A DNA stretch of 64,000 nt from Antechinus flavipes (Eukaryota): assembly GCF_016432865.1 (NCBI RefSeq), contig NC_067400.1, forward strand, positions 404,984,001 through 405,048,000. Reading direction: 5' to 3'. A program made the translations under genes and the position numbers. This document shows, piece after piece, positions 1 through 11,000 of this stretch; position 1 is the stretch's first letter; every line of letters starts with the position of its first letter. Below the pieces are notes generated by a model. The model worked only from the letters and a program-made list of their open reading frames with translations. It ran no database searches and was not told where the DNA came from.

Positions 1-1229
1 CAATTACATCTATTGTAATGTCTAATGAATAATACAGATCCAGGTATCTGGGTTTTCCCCCTCTATTCTTCAAAGTAATTAACCTCCAACTTCATTTCTC
101 CTCCAATAAAATAATGAATTAAAATAAAGTTTAAAAAATGTTCTGTAAGACATATGCACACCAAGTAAGTTAATATTGACTACTAACAAAAGAAAAAGAA
201 CAAAGGATTCACTACTCAGAAAAGCACTCATTTTAAACTATGCAGGTTTATGTCAAGATTTCTAGCAGGAGGCTAAAAACCTCGGTTCTGTCTACCAAAA
301 GAAAATCATTTTGTAAAGAGATACAGTTCCCAAATTTCTTGAAAAACAATAAGACATTTTTTACAAGCAAAATATGAACGTACAAGATAACATTAAGACC
401 ATGACTAAATGCCTATGGTCAAATTGAACCCGACTGACAAATTCAGCCAGTCCAATTCACCACAGTTTATCTGTACAGCTGAGCCCATGACAAGCTGGGA
501 ATCGGGCAGCCTGAAGATTAGGAAAACTGCCCCCCAACCAGTGAATTCAAATAAAATAACATTTTGCATACACATCAAATTCATTCATGCAGTAGATACA
601 CAGAAAGTCTAGGTGGAACAATAAAATGGCAGAAACATTGATTATGTGCTTAGTCTAAGTAGTAGCTCTCAGAAGGTTGAACATCATGAGGCAAACCTGC
701 AAAATGAAAGATTGAGAGAATAAAAAGCCCAATGAAAAAATATTGTCTGCTGACTAGTTTCCCAGTCCTACTCAAGGATGAGGATGCTAGAGAGTTTACA
801 TAGTGGAATTTTTATCTCTTACAAATTTATCAAAAGAAGAGTCATCCAGAAATAAATGTTTAAGAAAAATTACAGCTCGAGAAACCAAGAAGATAGGAAA
901 GAAGTAAGGTCCTTTGTTCAGTCTTAAAGTCTGAAAATGACTAAGGACTAAAATGAAAAGAACTAAGTCAGTCCTACTATGTGCAAAACCTGTTATATGC
1001 TGTACATTACCACTCCTCTGAGCATCTCTATTTTATTAGAGCACTAAAGAGAGACAAAATTTGGGCCCCGATGTGTAAATCAGTATTGATACCAGGTTAG
1101 GCATGGAGATGTGCTAGTGGAAAAGATAAATGGGGAGGGGTGGCAGGATGGGGGAGCATGCAGGGATTCTGCAACCTCTCAAATCCCTCATTTAAGTAAT
1201 TGTCTAATCACATAGATGCATTCAGTTTA

Positions 1230-1510
1230 CCCTGAATGTGACTTTCTGCCCTGAGTTGTAGGAAAGTAATATATCTGCTTTTTCCTCTTCATTTAGTCCC
1301 TGATTTAGAAGGTATTTGTGGTTGTTACACATCTTGCTGAATTCCTGAAGAGCTGCTGATAAAACCCTTTTGCTTTCTGCAAGATACTATTTCTATCTGT
1401 AATTACTGTTCCATAATTGTTCCAAAGAAGAAACATCTGTTGTTGCTCATTACCATTTTCTTCTTGCTTCCTTATAGCTTTTATGTACTTTGAAAGTATC
1501 TGGGATTATA
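1230..1510 (-). mobile_element. Possible fossil of an ancient L1/Tx1-clade LINE (ORF2 endonuclease-RT linker region)
   Basis: Hand translation of the minus strand gives KQEENGNEQQQMFLLWNNYGTVITDRNSILQKAKGFYQQLF, then GLNEEEKADI after a frameshift. This resembles the G-x-x-I-T-D...I...FY-x-x-LF linker of Tx1/L1 ORF2. Resemblance judged by eye only. Confidence 0.35.
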
Positions 1511-1883
1511 TTATTACTTTTTTTTCCAAATGCCTTCCATAGAAGTCAATTAACACTGTTCAAAAAACAATCCAAATGAAAACATGGACTATTCAGGGAC
1601 CTAAAAAGTAGGACAGTGTTTTTTTGTGTGTTTTTTTTTTTTAATTTGGGGTTAAAAAAAAGTTTTGCTCTAGAGAGTGTATCTGCAGTTTCACTTAACT
1701 CCTTATAACTTCTTCACAGAGATGATGCTTCAGTTCAGAAGAATTGAATTGAGGTTTTCTGTCTCTAAGTCCAGTGATCCTTGCTATAGAACATCTGGGC
1801 AAGTGACTTTCTTGTGATTTTTATTTTCATATGTCAGATAAAGGTGAAATTCAAACATTTACACCGGGAAAGATACTAATGCA

Positions 1884-2850
1884 TTTTTTTTTTAATTTTT
1901 TATTTAATAATTACATTATATTGACACTCGTTTCTGTTCCGATTTTTTTCCCCCTCCCTCCCTCCACCCCCTCCCCTAGATGGCAAGCAGTCCTTTATAT
2001 GTTGCAGTATATCCTAGATACAATATATGTTTGCAGAACCGAACAGTTCTCTTGTTGCGTAGGGAGAATTGGATTCAGAAGGTATAAATAATCCGGGAAG
2101 AAAAACAAAAATGCAGATAGTTTACATTCGTTTCCCAGTGTTCTTTCTTTGGGTGTAGCTGCTTTTGTCCGTCATTTATCAATTGAAACTCAGGTCTCTT
2201 TGTCAAAGAAATCCACTTCCATCAAAATATGTCCTCATACAATATCGTTGTCGAAGTGTATAATGATCTCCTGGTTCTGCTCATTTCACTTAGCATCAGT
2301 TCATGTAAGTCTCGCCAGTCCTCTCTGTATTCATCCTGCTGGTCATTTCTTACAGAACAATAATATTCCATAACATTCATATACCACAATTTACCCAGCC
2401 ATTCTCCAATTGATGGGCATCCATTCATTTTCCAGTTTCTAGCCACTACAAACAGGGCTGCTACAAACATTTTGGCACATACAGGTGCCTTTCCCTTCTT
2501 TAGTATTTCTTTGGGATATAAGCCCAATAGAAACACTGCTGGATCAAAGGGTATGCACAATTTGATAATTTTTTGGGCATAATTCCAGATTGCTCTCCAG
2601 AATGGTTGGATTCGTTCACAACTCCACCAACAATGCATTAGTGTCCCAGTTTTCCCGCATCCCCTCCAACATTCATCATTATTTTTTCCTGTCATCTTAG
2701 CCAATCTGACAGGTGTGTAGTGGTATCTCAGAGTTGTCTTAATTTGCATTTCTCTGATCAATAATGATTTGGAACACTTTTTCATATGAGTGGTAATAGT
2801 TTCAATCTCATCCTCTGAAAATTGTCTGTTCATATCCTTTGACCATTTAT
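1884..2850 (-). mobile_element. Young 5'-truncated LINE-1 (ORF2 3' end, 3'UTR, poly-A)
   Basis: Poly-T (poly-A on minus) starts at about 1884. G-rich 3'UTR tract at about 1950-1977. ORF2 C-terminus in frame. 15-bp TSD tactaatgcattttt at 1874-1888 and 2851-2865. Minus-strand target gtttt/aaaaatgc fits the L1 endonuclease TT/AAAA consensus. Confidence 0.97.
2222..2833 (-). pseudogene. L1 ORF2p C-terminal fragment (203 aa) with cysteine-rich zinc-knuckle region
   Basis: EMQIKTTLRYHYTPVRLA, CWRGCGKTGTLMHCWWSC, IPFDPAVFLLGLYP and CPSIGEWLGKLWYMNVMEYY are typical L1 ORF2p C-terminal motifs. The frame is open to the stop at 2222-2224. Confidence 0.95.
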
Positions 2851-4319
2851 TACTAATGCATTTTTAAAACTTGTTTGAGGAACAAATGTTCCTGACAAGA
2901 ATCTAAAACTTCTATCCTTTAAATTGGTATCAATGCATAATGTGTCAATAGTTCCATAAGATGTCTAACAAGCAAATATGAAACCATTCCAATTACTAAC
3001 ATAGCTATTTTTAGATGCTGTTCATTTCAAATATTTGTACTTTGTTACCTAATTTATTAATATACATGTATGTATATATGAATATTCACTTATTTTCTGC
3101 CCTGCATGATTAGTTATCTTATATCATTCTTTAGAATTGACCCTTGAGGGGATACCACATCCAGAAGAGAGCATCAAGGACAATGGGGGAATAAAAGTCC
3201 TTGAGTTTTAGTGGGTAGCTACAGGTACTCCTGTTATTATTTGAAATATTATGTAGTGAGAATTATGAAAGAAGATTTCCTTACTATATAATAACTACTA
3301 GGCTATTTACATTTGTTGTAAGAGATATCATAATGCTAATCCTGATTCACTCAGACATAATTGATATTTCTGTAATTGCAGATGACCAAAATTATGGATA
3401 GAGATGATCAAATTTTTTTTTATTCATTCAATTCAGTAGCAAAGAATATCAAAAATCTCTAATCATTTTCTCTAAAGAATGGAGGTAGATAAAGGAATAT
3501 AATTTAATATAATTATAAGAGAATTAATGCCAGGGACACTATTGTGTATTGAATAAACCATGTAAACATTGTTGTATTAAAGAGAGCAACTGTTAAAGTT
3601 GCCAAGTATATGTTCGTTTTGATGTTGTTTCTTTTTTGTTCTCAAAGTAGACCATGACATTAGGAAAGTGCTATCATGAGTTGTGGGTGATTTAGATTCA
3701 AGTGAGGGAGGCTGTACAAACTCATCCAGCCTCATTCTTTCTTCTAGAGCTCCTAGAACTAGTAGCAAAATATAGATCAAAAGAACTGGTGATGGTCCAG
3801 ATACAGGGAAAGACTTTGGCTTTTTTAAACTCTTTCCCAGGTCTCAGTTTATCTGGGACATTAGATAAGAAATGAGGTAGAGATTAAGACTAGATGAGAA
3901 ATGAGGTAGAGAATGGCCTCATTTACATAGTCAAAAACAAGTCAACATACTCTGTTTTTTCTTCAGATAGTATAAATCTTTCACCTTTTACAAAAAAAAA
4001 AAAAGTCACATCAATTAAAAGAATTAGCGATTTAATAATTTCTGCCATAGAGTCACACTATAAAGAAAGAGCTCTTGAAAAGTAACATGAATTCAAGACC
4101 TTTTACCATCTAGTCTGTCCCTCTCCAAACCATCCCCATGTTATAAATTGTCTTTTTAAACTATGGTGCCTCAAACTAAATAAAAATTATAGATTTGGTC
4201 TGACCAGGATCTATCACATCATTGTTCTTAAAATCTATGCCTCTTTTAATGGAGCCAAAAATTTCATTAACTTCTTTTGCTTTCTGACACTTAGTATTAG
4301 TGTCAGAAAGTGTCAGAAA

Positions 4320-4520
4320 AATTAGAGTTCAAATCTTACACTTAATAAGTGACCCTGAACAAGTCACTTATCCTGTCACCCTCATTTTTCTCAACTGTAA
4401 AATAGGAATGATACCACCTACCATACAGGGTTTTTGTGAGAAACACGTGAAATAATTTATAACATACGTAACACAAAATCTAGCACATAGTAACTTCCTA
4501 ATAAATGCTTGTTTCCTTCT
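4320..4520 (+). mobile_element. MIR-type CORE-SINE
   Basis: gagttcaaatc...gtgaccctgaacaagtcactt...ctcaactgtaaaatagg core, with an L2-like tail tagcacatagtaac...aataaatgcttg. Confidence 0.8.
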
Positions 4521-5289
4521 CTCTCTTCCATGTTTATATCAGAGTTCTGACTTATATTGAGCTTGTGGATCACTAAAACACTCAATCTTTTGTAAATAAA
4601 CTCATATCTAATCATACCTCCAACATCTTATATTTATGAAATTGGTTTTTTGAACCCAGTTTTTTTTTATAAAGCTTTAAGTTTATTACTATTGGATTCA
4701 TCCAATTAGATTGAGCTCAATAGATTGAACTCTTAGAGATCTTTTTGGATAATGAATTTATCATACAGCATGTTATCTTTGTGTCACCTGCAAACAAATG
4801 AGTATGACTTTATCCAAATTATTGATAAAAATATTAAAAAATATAGAGCCAAGCACAGATCTCTAGGATATCCTCCTGGATATGTTTTGCCCAGTTGACA
4901 TTTGGATGTTTTAACAATGTGTAAACATGACCAATGACTGAAAGTGATTAGCAGAGAGACAAAGAAACAGAGAAATAAGAATTTATACTTGAAAATAGTT
5001 ATCACAAAGCTAAAGAATAAATATAATAGAATAAATTGAGTTATAGCCCAAGTTGGAAAGATTTGGCTTCAACTTTCACTTCTGACACATACCAACTATG
5101 TGACCTTCTAAAACTACAAATTTCTGAAATCAGAAGCTACAGTACATTCTTAGAGGGAGTTTTGTAAGATTTCTCTAAACCAACAAAATCACTGCTCTGG
5201 TAAAACAACATAGCAGATTAGATAAGCAAGAGCCAACCTTTAGTAAAAATCCAAATTTTTTTAATGAAAAAACAATAAGCTGGAGATTA

Positions 5290-6790
5290 TTTTTCAGTGA
5301 AAAAATGGACAGTTTTTAAAAATACAATGTAATGAAATGTAATGTGGTAGTAACATGTATTCATCAAAAACAGATCATGTCAAACTAATCTCATTTCCTT
5401 TTTTTTAATTAAATGTTTTCAACAGCAAAGCCTTTGAAAGCTCTGTTACCTTACCTTTTTTAGAACGATGTAGCAATATGCACTAGATGATAGTACTTTA
5501 GATCAATTCAGAACTGCCTAAACTACTGAACTAAAAGAGCAGTCATTACTGGATCACTGTCAACCTAGAGAAAGGTCTGTATTAGGAAGTTACCCCCACA
5601 TTGATCTGTTCTTGGCCCTTCTCTGTTTTGCATATTTATTAAGGCTTTGGATGAACATATAGATGTCATGATTATCAAATTTGAGAACCATGGCTAAGAC
5701 ACTGGGTAGCTGTATGAAGAGGCAAAAAGATCCTGATAGGCTAGGAAAATGAGACAAATTTATTTTTTTTTAATTTTTATTTAATAATTACTTTATATTG
5801 ACAGAATCCATGCCAGGGTATTTTTTTTTACAACATTATCCTTTGCACTCGTTTCTGTTCCAATTTTTTCCCCTCCCTCCCTCCACCCCCTCCCCTAGAT
5901 GGCAAGCAGTCCTTTATATGTTTGATATGTTGCAGTATATCCTAGATACAATATATGTTTGCAGAACCGAACAGTTCTCTTGTTGCAAAGGGAGAATTGG
6001 ATTCAGAAGGTATAAATAACCCGGGAAGAAAAACAAAAATGCAGATAGTTCACATTCATTTCCCAGTGTTCTTTCTTTGGGTGTAGCTGCTTTTGTCCGT
6101 CATTTATCAATTGAAATTCAGTTAGGTCTCTTTGTCAAAGAAATCCACTTCCATCAAAATATGTCCTCATACAATATCGTTGTCGAAGTGTATAATGATC
6201 TCCTGGTTCTGCTCATTTCACTTAGCATCAGTCATGTAAGTCTCGCCAAGTCCTCTCTGTATTCATCCTGCTGGTCATTTCTTACAGAACAATAATATTC
6301 CATAACATTCATATACCACAATTTACCCAGCCATTCTCCAATTGATGGGCATCCATTCATTTTCCAGTTTCTAGCCACTACAAATAGGGCTGCTACAAAC
6401 ATTTTGGCACATACAGGTCCCTTTCCCTTCTTTAGTATTTCTTTGGGATATAAGCCCAATAGAAACACTGCTGGATCAAAGGGTATGCACAGTTTGATAA
6501 TTTTTTGGGCATAATTCCAGATTGCTCTCCAGAATGGTTGGATTCGTTCACAACTCCACCAACAATGCATTAGTATCCCAGTTTTCCCGCATCCCCTCCA
6601 ACATTCATCATTATTTTTTCCTGTCATCTTAGCCAATATGACAGGTGTGTAGTGGTATCTCAGAGTTGTCTTAATTTGCATTTCAAATGAGACAAATTTA
6701 ATAAGGTGAAATTGAATAGAGGTAAATATTATATCATAAACTTGACTTTTAAAAGTCCACTGAAGAAGCATAATGAGAGGAAATGTGAGT
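5290..6790 (+). mobile_element. L3/CR1 LINE RT fragment, interrupted by the L1 at 5763-6684
   Basis: catgtattcatcaaaaacagatcatgtcaaactaatctcatttcc reads like the CR1 motif HGFIKNRSCQTNLISF. Degenerate KAFD and GSVLGP-L-F-IFINDLD...IKFADD motifs follow. CR1-like sequence resumes after the L1 TSD at 6701. Confidence 0.8.
5763..6684 (-). mobile_element. Second young 5'-truncated LINE-1, same subfamily as 1884-2850
   Basis: Nearly identical to the first copy. 16-bp TSD aaatgagacaaattta at 5747-5762 and 6685-6700. Poly-T at about 5763. ORF2 C-terminal motifs in ORF 6232-6771; the N-terminal part of that ORF is flank read-through. Confidence 0.97.
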
Positions 6791-6829
6791 AGAATTAGGA
6801 AAAAAACAATGCTTTTTCATTAAGCATTT

Positions 6830-7060
6830 ACTATGTAGCAGATAATGTATTTTATAAACATTACCTTATTTGATCCTTAAAATAACTCTGTGAGTAGATA
6901 TTATTATTATTATTATTATTAATATCCTCATTTTAAAATTAAGAAATTGAGATTGAGCGATTTGCCCAGAATTGTGCAACTGGTAAATGTCTGAAGTTGA
7001 TCTGAATTTGGGTTTTCCTGACTCCAAGCTCAGTACCATACCCACTGAGTCACCTAGCTA
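6830..7060 (-). mobile_element. MIR-type SINE with internal (TTA)n
   Basis: aataactctgtgagtag...tcctcatttt...gaaattgagattgagcgatttgcccag...ttcctgactccaag is the reverse-strand MIR core. Confidence 0.8.
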
Positions 7061-7269
7061 CTATCTCCATATATTCTTGTGAAGAAGACCTGGGCTTCTT
7101 AATAGAGTAAGCTCACTATGAGTCCAGAGCAAACTCACCATGGCAGCCAAAATGAGATAATACATTAATAAAAGCATAAAGTTAACAAAAGAAGTTATGT
7201 GAGTTACAAAATGAAATAGAGAGCAAAATAATATTAGTGGGGTACCTTAGCCTTCTCCTCTAAGACCTA

Positions 7270-9560
7270 GATAAATTTAACCACAAAAAAAGAAAGTTGA
7301 GGTAAATAGAATTTTAGAATAGATAGATATGATAGACTCTAGAAAAAAATTAATGAGGATAGAAAGGAGTACATTTTCTCAGTAGTATATTCTACTTACA
7401 TAAAAATTATTCGTGTATTATGTCATAAAACCTCATAATGAAATGCAGACATGCAGAAATACTAAATGCATCCTTTTCAGACCATGATGAAATAAAAATG
7501 TGGGTAATAAATGGCCATGGAAAGACTAAAAATAATTGGAAACTAATATAATCCTAAATAATGAGTGGATCAAATAACAAATCATAGAAACAATAAAAAA
7601 AATTTCATCACGAGGAGAAAACATACAGAAACTTATGCAGAAGACAAAGCAAGTTAAGAAGTTTTTTTATATCTCTAAATGCTTACATGAATAAAATAGA
7701 GAAAGAGGAGATAAATAAATTGAGCATACAACTAAAAAAGCAAGAAAAAGACAAATAATTAAACATTAAGTAAATTCTGAAAATCAGAGGAAAGATTAAT
7801 AAAATTGAAAGTAAGAAAATGCTTGAATGATTAAGTAAAACAAAGAGATAGTTTTATGAAAATAAGCCACAAAATAGATAAATCTTTACCTAATTTGATT
7901 TTTAAAAAAAGAAAGAAGAAAAGCAAATATTCAGTATCAAAAATGAAAAGGGTAAATTCGCCACCAATGATGAAAAAATCAAAACAATAATTATGAGCTA
8001 CTTTGTCCAAATATATGGCAATAAACTTGATAATCTAAATGAAATGGATGCATATTTAGAAAAATATAAATTGCTCAGATTAACAGAAAAGGAGATAAAA
8101 TATTTAAATAAGTCCTTTTAGGAAAGGAAATTGAACAAGTTATCAATCAACTCCCTAAGAAAAAATCTCCAAGGCCAGATGAACTTACAAATAAATTCTA
8201 CCAAACATTTAAAGAATTAATGTGACTGCTATATAAAGTATTTGGAAAAATAGAAGTGCTACCAAATTCCCATCATGACACAAATATGCTATGCCAATAC
8301 CTATAACAGGAAGATCCAAAATGAAAAAAAAATTATAAGCCAATTTTAATGAATATTGTTGCAAGCATTTTACATAAAATATTAGCAAAGAGATAGCAGC
8401 AATTTATCATAAGTTTAATATACTATAATCAAGTGGGATTTATACCAAAATACAGGCACAATTCCATATTAAGAAAATTATCAACATAATTATATCAATA
8501 ATAAAACTAAAAGAAATCATGTGATACCTCAATAGATGTTGAAAAAGCTTTTATAAAATACAGAACCCATTTCTATGAAGAAGCCTAGAAAACATAGGAA
8601 TAAGTGGACTTTTTCTAAAAAAAAAATAAGCAGTATCTATCCAAAATCATCAGCAAATATTATATATAAGGGGAATGAGTATTTCCAGAAAGATCAGGAG
8701 TAAAACAAGGATGCATATTATCATTACTACTATTCAATAATGTACTAGCTTTAGCAATAAGAAGAAAAAGAAATTTAAGAAATTAGAATAAGTGATGAGG
8801 AAACAAAAGTGTCACTCTTTGCAAATGATAGCATAAAGAATCCTAGAGAATTAAATAAAAAACTGCTTGAAAAAATGAACTTTTGCATAGTTGCAGGATA
8901 TAAAATATATCCATATACATCTCCAACATATGTATAAAAACATTTTTAGCAGATTTTTTTGTGGTGATAAAGAATTGGAAGTTGAGGGGATACCTATCAA
9001 TTTGGGAATGGCTGAAAAAGTATGCTATATTAATATAATAGGATACCATTGTTCTATAAGGCATAATAAGCAGATAGATTTCAGAAAAACCTGAAAAGGT
9101 TATGAATTGAATTGATGGTCAGTAAAGTGATCAGAAACAGTATACTATATACAGTATACAGTATAGGAACATTATATGATGATCAACTATGATAAACTTA
9201 GCTCTTCTCAGCAACACAGTGATGCAAAACAATTTCAAAAGATCATGATGGAAAATATAATCCACATCTAGAGAAAAAACTATAGAACTAGAAAGCAGAT
9301 AGAAGCATGCTGTTTTTACTTTGTTTTTTGTTTTTTTTTCTCGTGTTTTGATTCTTCTTTCACAACATTACTAAAGGAAATATGTTTAACATGATTGTAT
9401 ATGTATAATCTGTATCAAACTGTTTACTGTCTTGAATAAGGGAGAGAAGGAATCAGGTCAGGAAGGCAATTTAGAACTCAAAAACTTACACAAATAAGTG
9501 CTGAAGACTATCTTTACATGTAATTGAAAAAAAATAAAATACTATTAAATACAAAAAAAA
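7270..9560 (+). mobile_element. Older decayed LINE-1 (end of EN, RT, C-terminus, 3'UTR) with a large internal deletion
   Basis: Degenerate motifs in order: YTFFS/SFSDH (EN), KKSPGPD, QVGFIP, SIDVEKAF, GVKQGC, SLFAND, VAGYKI. The sequence then jumps at about 8915-8925 to KTFLADFFVVIKNW and PINLGMAEK (CPSIGEWL-like). A-rich end at about 9550. Many stops and frameshifts. Confidence 0.9.
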
Positions 9561-9779
9561 ATTTTAATGACTTCACACACAAAAAACAGAATACATAGGC
9601 TGCCACGTAAAAGGGAATTAGTAGGAATGTATGGCTAAAATTTGTTCTGCTTAAGCCAAGAGGACCTGATTAGGAAAAAAAATATATGATAGCAAGAATG
9701 CAGAAAATTAGGGGGGAGGAGAACTTTTATAGATAATCTCTTAGATAGGGTATAGTTATATTGGAATATAGCTGTGGTG

Positions 9780-10230
9780 TTGGAAATGATGAGGTGATTC
9801 ATTTTGAAAAACATGCAAAGACTTGGACCTATGAAGAAAGATACTATCTATCTTCAGAGAAAGAGATCATGAGTAGAAACATGCTTAGTATGTCTTACAC
9901 ATATGTATAGGATTGTATATATGTGTATGTTTATAGATATTCATGTATATATATATATATATGTATGTATATATTCACATTTAATTGCACCCTTATTAAA
10001 AGAGGGAGGTTAAATTAACCACAAAGAACAAAAGAAAACTGACAAAGAAGCAAAGAAAAGCTGGATAGCTTGGGAAACAATGTAGAATAGTTATTTTATA
10101 GGTTTTCTTCATATGGAATTTTTTTTTGTTTTATATTGAATCATCTCATCATGTTCTGCTGTGTACATGAATATTGTTTTCTCATTTTTATTTAAATTTA
10201 GAATAAAATTGAACATTTTTTAAATAATGA
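9780..10230 (+). mobile_element. Old marsupial L1 3'UTR fragment with internal TA-rich microsatellite
   Basis: gaaaaacatgcaaagac...ctatgaagaaagatactatctatcttcagaga...catgttctgctgtgtacatg. The same family recurs at 26960-27525. Confidence 0.6.
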
Positions 10231-10374
10231 AAGATAAATAAATAATATTTTGGCTAAATATAAAGAAAATATTTTTATTAACTAGGACTATCCAAAAATG
10301 GAGGAGAATGTCTCAAGAGGTAGTAAGTTTTCCACATTGAGGATCTACAAATAAGACTTGTTAAGGATGCTTTT

Positions 10375-11000
10375 ATCAATCAAAAAAACATTTTTAAGTA
10401 CAATTCTATGCCTAGAAGTACACTAAGTACTCAGATGACAAGACAACAACAAAATCACGAAGCATTTCCCTCAGAGAATTTACATTCTATGTTAAAATGG
10501 AAGTAGAAAACAAAAAAGTACATATAAAAATACATGTGTAAAATATGTACATACAAACTATATATAAATTGAACACAAGGTATTTAATTGAGGGGGAGTA
10601 CTGAATGTGAGGAGAGGGTGCAAGTGAAGAGCAGCTCTCAAGAAAGCTTATAGAAAGTGACATTTGAGCTTATATAAATGCTAGAAAGATAGATTCGAAT
10701 CTTAGTCTAAAAGACTTTAACATATATGTTTGACATAGAAGTGTTTTAGGAATATTACTTCAAAGAAGGGAGAGACGAGACAGGTAAAAATCAATTAAGA
10801 GATTACTGTAATAGTCTAGGTAAAAGGTGATATAAGGGCCTTAACTAGGGTGTCCTTTTCTATAAATGGAAAGAATTAAATATATGTGAGGAATTTTACG
10901 GAGAAAGATTATCAAGACTTGGCAACTGATTAGACATGAGGGGTGAGGGAGAGTACAAAGTCAAGGATGACTCAGGTAGTTAACTTTTGTGATTGAAATG
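10375..11000 (-). mobile_element. L2 LINE 3' fragment
   Basis: atcaatcaaaaaaacatttttaagtac...ccctcagagaatttacattct and aatagtctaggtaaaaggtgat...aagacttggcaactgattagacatgagggg...aagtcaaggatgactcagg are reverse-strand L2 features. Confidence 0.8.

Noticed and set aside
1132-1165. Potential G-quadruplex (four G-runs)
   Set aside because: Long uneven loops, no promoter context and no supporting evidence.
1884-6684. The two young L1s as a segmental duplication or assembly duplicate
   Set aside because: Different TSDs, flanks and 5' truncation points show independent insertions.
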